60,486 nt of DNA from a virus. The translations under genes and the position numbers were made by a program. Positions 51,588-60,486 of the stretch are shown here, piece after piece (the first letter of the stretch is position 1; each line of letters opens with the position of its first letter). Below the pieces are notes generated by a model that saw only the letters and a program-made list of their open reading frames with translations, made no database searches and had not been told where the DNA came from. The stretch is from positions 1 through 60,486 of IMG/VR virus record IMGVR_UViG_3300012154_000001; one strand, given 5' to 3'.

Positions 51588-51616
51588 TAGGCGGGTTACG
51601 CTCCCCCGCCTTTTTC
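51588..51616 (+). terminator. Rho-independent terminator (cassette copy 2)
   Basis: AGGCGGG pairs with CCCGCCT, then TTTTTCT. Related to 43689-43720. Confidence 0.65.
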
Positions 51617-51658
51617 TATGCTTATAACCAGGAGCGGATAAGAAAAGGAGCGTTTATT

Positions 51659-52054
51659 ATGTTATTATGGATTTTTGTTATTCTTCTTATCGGAGGAATA
51701 ATATATTGGAAATTTATTGATGACAATGGTTTTGCTTTTGCTGCGATGGTAATCGGCGTGGGTGGATTGATGGTCTGTGTTCCGATTGCGATTGGCGCTC
51801 ATGCTTTGGTTGATGGGGACTTGTTGGAATTTCAAAACTACCGACAATCTATTGAATATAAACTGGACAGCGGTTTGTATGAAGACGAATTTGGAGTAAA
51901 TGACAAGGAGATCATCAACGAGATCAGATTTTATAATGAATGCGTAATTAACAGACAACGGTATATCGGGAATTTTTGGATAGGGATATTTAATCCTGAT
52001 GATTTCGCGGAATTAGAAATCATTGATTACGATATTGTTCCCGCCAGAGAATAA
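51659..52054 (+). CDS. Two-TM membrane protein (moron inside the structural module)
   Basis: TM segments LLWIFVILLIGGIIYW and FAFAAMVIGVGGLMVCVPIAIGA. Confidence 0.5.
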   Translation: MLLWIFVILLIGGIIYWKFIDDNGFAFAAMVIGVGGLMVCVPIAIGAHALVDGDLLEFQNYRQSIEYKLDSGLYEDEFGVNDKEIINEIRFYNECVINRQRYIGNFWIGIFNPDDFAELEIIDYDIVPARE

Positions 52055-52069
52055 AGGACGGTGATACAT

Positions 52070-52219
52070 ATGCTGACAGAACTTTCACGACAACAGATAA
52101 TCAACAAACGACAGGAGCGGGCAGAAAAGAAGGCTGAGCCTGAAAAAACGGCTGCGAAAAAATCGAAGAAGGAAAGCATATTTGCGCCGGAAAGCGAGGC
52201 GGTTGCGGATGAGTTGTAA
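52070..52219 (+). CDS. Possible small basic protein (49 aa)
   Basis: Not in the ORF track. GACGGTGA SD. Confidence 0.3.
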   Translation: MLTELSRQQIINKRQERAEKKAEPEKTAAKKSKKESIFAPESEAVADEL

Positions 52220-52619
52220 ATATTGTTCAAAGTCAATAGGCGCAGATATTGAAATTAATAAAGGTACAGCAGAGGGTAATTGTCCGCAAATCGCAATAAT
52301 TCATCAGATAGAAACGGATACACCGGGCATTGTCCTAATTAAGAATAACATGGCAAACGGATATTTTGAAATCAATTACTGTCCTATATGCGGCAGAAAA
52401 TTGACAACAGCGGCGGCGACGGATGGAATAATCAAAGAGGGTGATAGGGCAAGAGTATTTCCCGCACACCGCTTTGAATGTTGCGACTGTGGCTGTATTT
52501 TTAAACGCGAAGCCGGGGAATGCAGGCAACTATCCATCATCGGCGGTTCCATAGCTTTGATTGCGAGATGCCCGACATGTAATAACGATGTGGAGGTGAT
52601 GACTCGTGAGTCTGCTTGA
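52209..52619 (+). CDS. Hypothetical double zinc-ribbon protein
   Basis: Start at MSCKYC. Contains CPICG, CCDCGC and CPTCN. Confidence 0.45.
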   Translation: MSCKYCSKSIGADIEINKGTAEGNCPQIAIIHQIETDTPGIVLIKNNMANGYFEINYCPICGRKLTTAAATDGIIKEGDRARVFPAHRFECCDCGCIFKREAGECRQLSIIGGSIALIARCPTCNNDVEVMTRESA

Positions 52620-52950
52620 TATAGTCAAAACCCTGCTGGGGATAACGGACACTTCCAAGGACACAATCTTGACGCTGTATGTCGACATGACCATACAGCA
52701 GATATTGAACTACATCAATCGCGCAGAATTGCCGAATGAATTGACTTACGTCGCAGCACAGATGGTTGTTGATACGTACAATGAAATGCTGGACGCAAGC
52801 AAAACAACAACCGGAAAAGCAACGAGCGTTTCGGAAGCCGGTCGGTCGGTATCATTCGATTCTTCGCTGGCAACAATGGCGATTGAGCGCCGGATCGGGG
52901 ATAGGCAAAAGCAGTTAAACAGTTTCAGGCTGCCGTTTAGGAGGGGATAG
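52606..52950 (+). CDS. Head-tail connector protein (gp6/QLRG-like)
   Basis: GTG start 9 nt after GGAGG. LLGITDTSKDTILTLYVDMTIQQILNY. Confidence 0.65.
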   Translation: MSLLDIVKTLLGITDTSKDTILTLYVDMTIQQILNYINRAELPNELTYVAAQMVVDTYNEMLDASKTTTGKATSVSEAGRSVSFDSSLATMAIERRIGDRQKQLNSFRLPFRRG

Positions 52951-52951
52951 C

Positions 52952-53347
52952 ATGGATAGTTTTGATTTCGGCATCATAGGCGGCATCATAGGCGAGTATG
53001 TGGATAGCGACGAAATTGATGTATACAGAGCGGGAATGGTTGAATTACCCGATGGCTCCTTTGCTCCAATTGACCCGAATGTGCCATACTACCCCAGCCT
53101 CAAGGCCCACATATCTTTTTCGGATGTTGACAACCCTGATCCCGTGGTAGTGGGCGCTGTGCCCATTATTCACGCTTTGCGCATTAGCTGTGCCGTGTGG
53201 ATAGACCTGCAAAACGACGACAGAATTGTAGCGCGCAAAATGTCGGCAGACGGTACGGTGCTTGAAATTTATGAAGGTGTTATTGGCGCGCCCGTGGTCA
53301 ATCAATCGCGGCAAGAGGCCACAATGAGCGTTAGGCAGGGGGTGTAA
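52952..53347 (+). CDS. Head closure / head-tail adaptor protein
   Basis: 131 aa; assigned by position. Confidence 0.45.
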   Translation: MDSFDFGIIGGIIGEYVDSDEIDVYRAGMVELPDGSFAPIDPNVPYYPSLKAHISFSDVDNPDPVVVGAVPIIHALRISCAVWIDLQNDDRIVARKMSADGTVLEIYEGVIGAPVVNQSRQEATMSVRQGV

Positions 53348-53351
53348 TAAT

Positions 53352-53549
53352 ATGGCGAAGATGCCTTGCAATATTGTGAATGGTGGAATTTCTGTTCGCA
53401 TTGAGGATACGGACTTGTTCCGTGATATTGTCGAACTTTTAAAGGATGCCGCAGAAAAAGATACAACCATATTACCACGATTGGCTAAAATTATGTCAAA
53501 ACACAGTACGGAACACGAATATTCCGTAAAGGGTGATGCCGATGGCTAA
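53352..53549 (+). CDS. Hypothetical small structural-module protein
   Basis: 65 aa. Confidence 0.4.
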   Translation: MAKMPCNIVNGGISVRIEDTDLFRDIVELLKDAAEKDTTILPRLAKIMSKHSTEHEYSVKGDADG

Positions 53550-53997
53550 TCTGTATGAACTCACAGCAACCAGCGTCACCAGCGGTCTTGTAATAGCTCT
53601 GGGTGAGGCATTCCCGGGTGTAATGCGGTTTCGGGAAACAGCGCCGGTTCAGTTGCTTACATACCCCCACTTTTTTGTCAATCAGTTGACACTTGACATA
53701 CAACCGGAACGCCGCAACCACTGGATGGTTTCTTATTTTGTGACAATTCGTTATCATGTCGCTGCCGATCCAAGTAGCGTCAACCTTTTGCAGCAGCAGC
53801 TTGATGATATAAGTATCCGGATGCTGTCGGACTTGGAATATATCACGTGGAACGGCATGCCAGTGCGATTAACTGGCCGCAGGACGGAAAAAGTTGACGG
53901 CGTACTCCACTTTTTTTGCAATATATCCGTCATGGCGACGAAGCCGGTTGAACTCGGACCGTTGCAGGAACAGATTGAATCAGACATTAAGATTTGA
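53533..53997 (+). CDS. Tail completion / neck protein (XkdJ-like by position)
   Basis: 154 aa. Start could be 53533, 53536 or 53542. Confidence 0.45.
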   Translation: MMPMANLYELTATSVTSGLVIALGEAFPGVMRFRETAPVQLLTYPHFFVNQLTLDIQPERRNHWMVSYFVTIRYHVAADPSSVNLLQQQLDDISIRMLSDLEYITWNGMPVRLTGRRTEKVDGVLHFFCNISVMATKPVELGPLQEQIESDIKI

Positions 53998-54056
53998 CGG
54001 CATCTGCCAAAGGCGGCAGGTGCTTTTATTATACATAATTTTAAGGAGGTAATTAT

Positions 54057-55376
54057 ATGGGTGGACGGTGGACGTCTCAGAACAAGCGTATACCGGATAC
54101 ATATCTAAATTTTACCGCCGTGGCGCAGCCATTAATGGTTGTGGGCGACCGCGGAATTGGCACACTTGCCATACCGCTTTCGTGGGGCCCGGAAGGTGAA
54201 TTGATAGAAGTATTCAGTACAGATTTAATCGATGGTAACAGTCTTTCAAAGGTTGGATTCACGGCGTTTGATGAAGAATCAAAAGTGCTCAATCTCATGT
54301 TGTCCAATTGCTACAAGGCCCTTGTTTACAGGCTTAATAGCGGCGGTGTAAAAGCCACGGCGACAAGCGGCGGACTGACGGCGCGGGCCGTTTATCCTGG
54401 TACAAAGGGCAATCAGATTACAATTATGGTTACGGAAACGGATGGTGTTTTTACCGTCACAACCTTTGTTGCCGGAATAAGTCGGGATGCACAACCCGTA
54501 TCTACTGTGCAGGAACTCAAAAATAACGCTTATGTGGAATTTAGCGGTTTTGGAGCATTGACGGTCAATGCAGGAATTTCACTTACCGGCGGCACGGACG
54601 GTACGGTAAACACAGCAACGGCATACCCGAGCTATTTGGCGCTTGCGCGCAAAGCCCGCTGGCAAACAATGGCGCTTACCCAAGACAATGAGGCATTTGC
54701 GGCGCAGTTTGCTTCTTTCGCAAATCAAATGTGGAATGACGAAGGAAGATATGTCCAGGTTGTGGTTGCTAATTATCCCAGCGCAGACGATCGCGCCGTG
54801 CTTAACTCTGATGTTGGCGCCATGATGGGTAGCGTGGAAGTTACAGCAGAAGAAGCTACCGCATGGGCAGCCGGTATCACAGCGGGGGCCTCTATTGTGC
54901 AATCCAATGTGGGCAAAGTATTTGCTGGTGCTACGAGGATATTGAATGAGCGCACGCGCAGCGAAATCGAGGACGCTCTGGAAAGAGGAATGTTTATTTT
55001 GTCTACCAACCAGAGCGGCGAAATTGCTGTTGTTAATGACATCAACAGTCTTCACACGTTTACAAGCGAACTATCCGAAGGTATGCAACTGAACCAAGTT
55101 GTTAGGGTTATGTCAGAGGTTGGAACAACCGTAACGGATACATGGGAGCGATCGTTTAAGGGCAAGGTTCAGAACAATGCTGATGGCCGTTCTACGCTTA
55201 AATCTGTATTACTGACTTATTTTAACGAGTTGCAAAGGTTGGGCGCTATTGAGGATTTTGACAGCGAAACTCTTATAGTCGGAGCCGGAACGGCAAAGGA
55301 TGCTGTTGTTGTGGAAGTTGCTATTGATCCGGTCGCAGCAATGGCGATTTTATATATGACCGTATATGTTTCGTAA
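54057..55376 (+). CDS. Contractile tail sheath protein (XkdK-like)
   Basis: 439 aa with the N-terminus GRWTSQNKRIPDTYLNF. Confidence 0.85.
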   Translation: MGGRWTSQNKRIPDTYLNFTAVAQPLMVVGDRGIGTLAIPLSWGPEGELIEVFSTDLIDGNSLSKVGFTAFDEESKVLNLMLSNCYKALVYRLNSGGVKATATSGGLTARAVYPGTKGNQITIMVTETDGVFTVTTFVAGISRDAQPVSTVQELKNNAYVEFSGFGALTVNAGISLTGGTDGTVNTATAYPSYLALARKARWQTMALTQDNEAFAAQFASFANQMWNDEGRYVQVVVANYPSADDRAVLNSDVGAMMGSVEVTAEEATAWAAGITAGASIVQSNVGKVFAGATRILNERTRSEIEDALERGMFILSTNQSGEIAVVNDINSLHTFTSELSEGMQLNQVVRVMSEVGTTVTDTWERSFKGKVQNNADGRSTLKSVLLTYFNELQRLGAIEDFDSETLIVGAGTAKDAVVVEVAIDPVAAMAILYMTVYVS

Positions 55377-55389
55377 AGGAGGAAAGTAA

Positions 55390-55848
55390 ATGGCATTAGC
55401 ATTTGAGGCGGTTCCCGTCCATGGAAGAGAAGGAACAGTTACCGCAGTTATCAGCGGAAACGTTGTAACATTGGGCGAAATTAAGACTTTAACCGGTTCT
55501 ATAGAATTTAATAAAAGCGAGTACAATGTGCTCGGGGACAGAGCAACAAGACATAAGTATGCAGGATGGACAGGAACGGGATCATGCACCTATCACTGGC
55601 TGTCGCCGGTTTTTACCGCAATGATTATCAGAGGGGCAAAGACGGGAGTTATGCCGTTTTTCACAATTACCGCCACCAATGACGATCCGGCCAGTTCCGC
55701 AGGACGGCAAACTATAAAGTTAGGGCAGGTAAGTATTAATGGTGGCGATATCGTTCAGCTTGACGTGGACAGTGAATCGTTGGAAGGAAGTTTTGATTTT
55801 ACGTTCAGCGAAGTAGACGGTCTGGAATATTTCAATACACCAGTTTAA
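55390..55848 (+). CDS. Tail tube protein (XkdM-like)
   Basis: 152 aa with a KYAGWTGTGSCTYHW motif. Follows the sheath gene. Confidence 0.8.
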   Translation: MALAFEAVPVHGREGTVTAVISGNVVTLGEIKTLTGSIEFNKSEYNVLGDRATRHKYAGWTGTGSCTYHWLSPVFTAMIIRGAKTGVMPFFTITATNDDPASSAGRQTIKLGQVSINGGDIVQLDVDSESLEGSFDFTFSEVDGLEYFNTPV

Positions 55849-55860
55849 GGAGGATTTTTT

Positions 55861-56238
55861 ATGAGTAGATTACAGGATTTATTGTTATTGCCGGACGTGT
55901 CAGAAATCAAAAAAGATATATATATTAGCAAACAACTTGGTTCGTTTGTGGTTGAACCATTAACCGAGAAGCAGTTGCAAGGATATCGTATACGGAGCAA
56001 AAAAAAAGATAACGATATTGATGTTAATAAGTTAAATTGCTTGGTTATTGAAAATCATGTAATAGATCCAAATCTTAAGGATGCGGATTTTTTGGAAAAA
56101 GCAAAGTGCGATACCGTTGCGGATTTTATTAACAGGAAATTTACTGCCGGAACGACCGCAAGGATTGTCAATAAAATCATGGAAATAAGCGATTTGAGCG
56201 ATATTGACAAGGATATAGAAGAAGCAAAAAACTTATAG
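55861..56238 (+). CDS. Tail assembly chaperone, short form (XkdN-like)
   Basis: 125 aa, between the tube and tape-measure genes. Confidence 0.7.
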   Translation: MSRLQDLLLLPDVSEIKKDIYISKQLGSFVVEPLTEKQLQGYRIRSKKKDNDIDVNKLNCLVIENHVIDPNLKDADFLEKAKCDTVADFINRKFTAGTTARIVNKIMEISDLSDIDKDIEEAKNL

Positions 56239-56447
56239 CGTCCGACGGCGAGGCGGCATATTGCCAATATGCCGTCCTTAACATGGGCTATAAGCCGCAT
56301 GAGTTTGTCGGACTTTCCAAAGAATGCATCGATCCGCGAAAAGAAGAGGCTTTTGTAATTGCTTGTATAGGAAATAAAATAGATGATACAAAACGTCGGC
56401 AAAAAGAAGTACAAACAAAGCCGAGGATAAGGAAGAGGGGCAGGTGA
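55861..56447 (+). CDS. Tail assembly chaperone, -1 frameshift-extended form
   Basis: The -1 frame is open from 56232 to the TGA at 56445-56447, checked codon by codon. It ends 10 nt before the tape-measure ATG. Confidence 0.6.
56226..56232 (+). promoter_or_regulatory. Slippery heptamer A_AAA_AAC for programmed -1 frameshift
   Basis: Zero-frame codons are GCA AAA AAC TTA TAG. The X_XXY_YYZ pattern sits 4 nt before the stop. Confidence 0.6.
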
Positions 56448-56457
56448 ACATTATATC

Positions 56458-58503
56458 ATGAGTACGATCAGTAGCACATTGGCGCTTGAGGATCAAATGA
56501 GCGCCGTCCTTGCTAGTATTACTAATGCGATGACAGGCACTACATCAGCAACGAATGACCTTGTTCAAAAAATTGAACAATTAAGTTCGGTTTTTGCTCC
56601 GGTAGCAACTGATGCAGAAACAGCAGGAGATGCTGTAGATCAAATGAATCAGAGCTTGGCGGACACATCAGTTGTCGCACAAGATGCTGCTGATCCTATT
56701 GATGCCGTAGTCGATAGTATGTCGGCGGCCGAAGCTGCAATAAATACAACAAGCCAGGCCGTTGATGATGTATCTTCGTCTGCACAATCAGCGACCGAAT
56801 CAATAACAGATACAGAAGACGCATTACAAGTAATAAATCAAGCAACAACAAATACATCCGCAGCTATGCAATCAACATCATCATCAATATTAGCGGTGGA
56901 AAATGCACTTCAAAAAGCTTATGATGCCATGAATATCGCTTCGCAGAGCGCGGCCAATTACCAGAGTGAATTGGATAGGATCACGGAGGCCATGGATAGA
57001 AATGAAGCAAAAATACACGAATTAAATGCAGCACAGGAACTCGCGTATTCGGAAAAACGGCAATCCGTGATAGACAAACTCATAGCGGCGCAAGATAAGC
57101 TTAACGGAACCTACGGAAGGACAGAGGTTGCATTAATGAAAGCAAATGCGGCCTATGGACAACAAAAAAGTAAGGTTGAGCAACTGGAGCAAAAAATAAA
57201 GGAAATGTCAGGAAGCAAAGAAGCCGAAGAATGGAACAAGGAAATGCTCAAATCGGAACGCCAGCTTGCAAAGATACAAGATGGGCTTTCTGGAATTGCG
57301 CAAAAAATAAAAGGAGCAGCAAATCCGTTCGGCGGTTGGTTATCGAAAGCTGCCGGAGTATATAGCACCATGCGCCTGATCAACCGGATAACCAACTCTA
57401 TCAAAGGTTCCGTTGTTTCAGTTCTTGACGCCACTGGAAAATGGGGGACGACCACTGACGGAACGGCGACGGTCATGAACAAATTTAATCAATCAATCGA
57501 AAAATCACAAAAGGCGATTGGTGACCAACTTCTCCCACTCATGGCGATAGGATCAGAAATGGCGGCGAGTGCATTTGACTGGATGGCGCAGAAGGCTGTA
57601 GCTGCCGTCACCTGGATTAATGAAAATATTGACAAGGTCGTGATGGGATTAACGATACTTAGCGTGGTTGTGTTGGCGGCTGCGGCAGTATGGGGCATAT
57701 CGTGGGCACTTGCGAACCTGCCGCTGCTTCTGATTATCGGATTGATAGTGGCCGTATCCTCCGCGCTGGTTGATGCCGGGGTAACGGTAACAGATGTTTT
57801 GAGCGTTGCAGGTGCGGGGTTTGGGGCGCTATATGCCGTTGTAGATAATGTTGTAACATTGGCATGGAATGCGATAGCGTCATTTGTGAATTTTATTGGC
57901 AATGCATTCAAGGACCCCATAGGAGCTGTAAAGGTTTTGTTCTACGATATGTCAATAGGAGTCATTGAAGTTATTGATGGTATGGTTACTGCTATCTTAA
58001 ATCTTATCAAAATAATACCAGGCGTTAGTAGCGACATTGGCTCTGGGGTATCCGGGTATCTTCAAAGCAAGGTGGAAGAACTTGGTATTGCCCGCGAGGC
58101 GGCGAAGGAAGCCATGAATTGGGAAGAGTTCGTTGCACCCAGGGAATATAAAGACATCGGCGATACAATGAATGAATTTTCCGAAAAGTTTGCAGGCATC
58201 GGCGACAAGCTGGGCGGCATCGGAGATAAACTTACCAATTTTGATTTAAGCAAATACACCGCTGCGGGCCCAGGCGGCGGAAAAGCATTAAAAACCACTG
58301 GCGAAGTCAAAATTTCCGGCGAAGACATTAAATTGCTGATGGACTTGGCAACTATTGATTATCAAGTGACCTTTCAAACACTGGAACCGCAAATGACTGT
58401 GACTATTGGTACAGTCCGGGAAACTGTAGATGTTGACTACGTTGTCGAAGAGATAGCGGCAGTGCTTGAAGAAGCTGCGGATTCGAGGGTGGTGCTGGCA
58501 TGA
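56458..58503 (+). CDS. Tape measure protein
   Basis: 681 aa with Ala/Ser-rich helices and a central hydrophobic block. Assigned by position. Confidence 0.85.
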   Translation: MSTISSTLALEDQMSAVLASITNAMTGTTSATNDLVQKIEQLSSVFAPVATDAETAGDAVDQMNQSLADTSVVAQDAADPIDAVVDSMSAAEAAINTTSQAVDDVSSSAQSATESITDTEDALQVINQATTNTSAAMQSTSSSILAVENALQKAYDAMNIASQSAANYQSELDRITEAMDRNEAKIHELNAAQELAYSEKRQSVIDKLIAAQDKLNGTYGRTEVALMKANAAYGQQKSKVEQLEQKIKEMSGSKEAEEWNKEMLKSERQLAKIQDGLSGIAQKIKGAANPFGGWLSKAAGVYSTMRLINRITNSIKGSVVSVLDATGKWGTTTDGTATVMNKFNQSIEKSQKAIGDQLLPLMAIGSEMAASAFDWMAQKAVAAVTWINENIDKVVMGLTILSVVVLAAAAVWGISWALANLPLLLIIGLIVAVSSALVDAGVTVTDVLSVAGAGFGALYAVVDNVVTLAWNAIASFVNFIGNAFKDPIGAVKVLFYDMSIGVIEVIDGMVTAILNLIKIIPGVSSDIGSGVSGYLQSKVEELGIAREAAKEAMNWEEFVAPREYKDIGDTMNEFSEKFAGIGDKLGGIGDKLTNFDLSKYTAAGPGGGKALKTTGEVKISGEDIKLLMDLATIDYQVTFQTLEPQMTVTIGTVRETVDVDYVVEEIAAVLEEAADSRVVLA

Positions 58504-59129
58504 TAGATATCATTATTGAAACGAGCGACGGTGACTATGAATTGCCGATCGCGCCGGAAGAAATCGAAATATCAATACCCGGGAACAACGAGACAGTTAA
58601 TATTATCGGGACCGGCGAGGTTGTAATTCCGCGCAAGCCGGGCCTTGCCACTTTTGTGATCGAAAGTTTTATCGAAGATGATGGCGACGAGTTCATTGAA
58701 TTTATTGAAGACTGGCGGGATTCCGAGCGGGCCGGTGAATTCACGGCAAGTGACATTGACATTAACATGGATGTGGTTGTTGATGATTTTAAGCATACCC
58801 GTAAGGCAGGAGAAGAACACAGAGTGTATTATACCTTGTCATTGTCGGAATACCGCCCTTATGGTGCCAAGATTATCGTTATACAAGCGGTGGAAGAGAC
58901 TACCAGCGCGACGGTGCCGGAAGAGCCGAGAAAAGATAACACCGAATCGGTTCCGCAGACTTACACAGTCAAAAGCGGTGATAATTTATGGGCAATCACA
59001 AGGCGGCTGTCCGGGAATGGTGCAAACTGGCCGGAGCTGTACGCGGCGAATAAAGCGGTGGTCGGTAGTAATCCGAATCTTATCTATCCCGGACAGGTCT
59101 ACGTGATTCCGCAAGGGTGGGTGACTTAA
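58500..59129 (+). CDS. LysM-domain tail protein (XkdP-like)
   Basis: C-terminal LysM: YTVKSGDNLWAITRRL...LIYPGQVYVIP. Confidence 0.8.
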   Translation: MIDIIIETSDGDYELPIAPEEIEISIPGNNETVNIIGTGEVVIPRKPGLATFVIESFIEDDGDEFIEFIEDWRDSERAGEFTASDIDINMDVVVDDFKHTRKAGEEHRVYYTLSLSEYRPYGAKIIVIQAVEETTSATVPEEPRKDNTESVPQTYTVKSGDNLWAITRRLSGNGANWPELYAANKAVVGSNPNLIYPGQVYVIPQGWVT

Positions 59130-60145
59130 TGCAATACACTATTCAATGCCAGAATACATTGACCGGCACGATGTACGATATTACAACCTTGGTGGATTCC
59201 ATAACACACGATACTTTTATTAGCGGCCAGCCGGGCAAATGTACATTTACGGTGCGCGACGATCCGGGCAACCGGCTGCAAATCGTCAATGGCAGCATCA
59301 TCAAGTTTTCCGTCAATGGCCGTGGCGTATTCTACGGCTATGTATTTTCGATGGAAACATCCAGAGATGGAGATAACAAGATAACAGCTTATGACCAGAT
59401 TCGATATCTGCAAAACAAGGAAGTCTATATTACCGAGGGCGTGACCGCCAGCCAAATATTCGAGCTGGTTTGCAGTGAAAACTTCGGCGAATCTGCCGGG
59501 CGCAAAACTGATTCACAATATAAGGTCGTCACGCCGTCAGTGTGGATTCCGGAATACAAAATACATAACGGCACACTGTACGAGGTCATTCAGTACGGTA
59601 TTGAGCAGTCAATCGTTCATGAGGCTGGGAAGTATTATTTCATCCGGGATAATTACGGAACACTTGAATTCACAGAGCTGGCGCAGTGCAAGACAAATTA
59701 TATCATCGGCGACGGCTCATTACTGACGGACTATACGTACAAGCTTAGCATTGACAAGGATGTCTACAACCGAATCAAGATAACGCGGACAGACAAGGAT
59801 ATCGGAAGAATAATATCCCACGTATCGCCCTACACGGAATCACAAAAGCAGTGGGGCGTGTTGCAAATGGTCGAGGAAATTGACACACCCATGACCATCG
59901 AGCAAATGACGGATTTGGCCGCCAAATATCTGAAAAGATACAACAGAGAAGCGCAGACCTTGAAGCTGAATGCGCTTGGTGTGCCGGAACTGATAGCCGG
60001 TAGCGGGTTTACACTGTCAATCACTAAGTTGGGCATCAAACAGGACATGTGGATAGTATCCGCATCACACAACTATCAACAGGGGCTTCACACGATGCAG
60101 TTGGAAGTTTCTATCATGGGAGGCGTATATGGGAATATCAGCTAA
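59129..60145 (+). CDS. XkdQ-like baseplate hub / late-control-D-like protein
   Basis: TAATG-coupled start at MQYTIQC; about 338 aa. PBSX gene order. Confidence 0.6.
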   Translation: MQYTIQCQNTLTGTMYDITTLVDSITHDTFISGQPGKCTFTVRDDPGNRLQIVNGSIIKFSVNGRGVFYGYVFSMETSRDGDNKITAYDQIRYLQNKEVYITEGVTASQIFELVCSENFGESAGRKTDSQYKVVTPSVWIPEYKIHNGTLYEVIQYGIEQSIVHEAGKYYFIRDNYGTLEFTELAQCKTNYIIGDGSLLTDYTYKLSIDKDVYNRIKITRTDKDIGRIISHVSPYTESQKQWGVLQMVEEIDTPMTIEQMTDLAAKYLKRYNREAQTLKLNALGVPELIAGSGFTLSITKLGIKQDMWIVSASHNYQQGLHTMQLEVSIMGGVYGNIS

Positions 60146-60449
60146 CAGATTGGCCGGAGTGGTGACCAAAATAGGCAATGACAGCGCAAGCGTAATACGG
60201 TCGGAGATATTTGACGGAACCGTTGCCAGCGTATCACCACTACAAATACTGATCATGGCATCGGAAAGCCGAGAATTGCCATTACCGGCGGGTGCGCTTG
60301 TCCTGTCTCCACTTTGCAAAGCGAAAACAATTACAGTCGCCGGGGAAACCGTTCGGCTGTGGGGTGATCTTGCGGTTGGAGAAAAAGTGACCTTAATGTC
60401 ATTCAACGCTGGCCAGCGCTACTTTGTCGAAAGGAGTGTGCTCGAATGA
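60129..60449 (+). CDS. XkdR-like small baseplate protein (DUF2577-type)
   Basis: 106 aa with a GGGAGG SD. Its 3' end lies in the terminal repeat (= bases 1-86). Confidence 0.5.
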   Translation: MGISANRLAGVVTKIGNDSASVIRSEIFDGTVASVSPLQILIMASESRELPLPAGALVLSPLCKAKTITVAGETVRLWGDLAVGEKVTLMSFNAGQRYFVERSVLE

Positions 60450-60486
60450 TACCGCAGGTAAGCGGAGTTACTATTGATCAAATTGA
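60364..60486. repeat. Terminal direct repeat, copy 2 (identical to 1..123)
   Basis: See copy 1. Confidence 0.95.

Noticed and set aside
56055-56496. Minus-strand ORFs 56055-56414 and 56278-56496.
   Set aside because: They lie antisense to the chaperone and its -1 frameshift extension, which explains why the region has open frames.
1-60486. Searches by eye for tRNA genes, a reverse transcriptase or DGR, retron, group I/II intron, homing endonuclease or transposase.
   Set aside because: There is no cloverleaf-like GTTCRANNC-containing segment in the non-coding gaps. No YxDD reverse-transcriptase motif or template/variable repeat pair occurs near the fibre gene. No interrupted conserved genes or transposase-like ORFs were seen. 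Absence is judged by eye only.

Overview
The window is one complete temperate phage genome. Bases 1-123 repeat exactly at 60364-60486, so the unique unit is 60363 bp, closed as a circle or circularly permuted. The virion is a contractile-tail (PBSX/Xkd-type) myovirus. Shine-Dalgarno style (GGAGG / GGnGGTGA), choline-binding-type wall repeats and YjcZ-like glycine-rich peptides suggest a Bacillota (probably Clostridia) host; that is inference.

Module order:
- Baseplate, tail fibre: 60129 wrapping to 3801
- Lysis cassette: 3798-6602
- Minus-strand accessory block with two near-identical promoters: 6958-10301
- Secreted wall-binding moron: 10517-11158
- RHH + Bro antirepressor, immI-like: 11254-12398
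- Unannotatable cargo operon of about 11 genes: 13124-16716
- attP-like AT-rich region and tyrosine integrase: 16750-18029
- cI-like repressor divergent from an AntA/KilAC antirepressor: 18298-19627
- Non-coding phased GGCAARG repeat array: 20435-20790
- Early genes, then SbcC/Rad50-like ATPase, RecT, MBL nuclease, SSB, ERCC4 nuclease and primase/helicase-like protein: 20830-30031
- GTTACAG iteron origin: 30032-30333
- Radical SAM / PP-loop / methyltransferase / MazG island: 31691-35062
- Many small genes: 35136-39859
- Terminase, portal, head and tail genes, interrupted by three moron islands: 40133-60449

Most interesting candidates:
1. The radical SAM + PAPS-reductase-like + MTase island, led by Cys-rich micro-proteins.
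2. The phased GGCAARG array.
3. An early gene pair with CRISPR-associated-like motifs (Csx16-like domain, RAMP-like glycine loop).
4. The cargo operon next to attP.
5. Three essential or enzymatic genes that seem to start at AUU/AUC.

All family calls come from reading motifs by eye. No database search was run.
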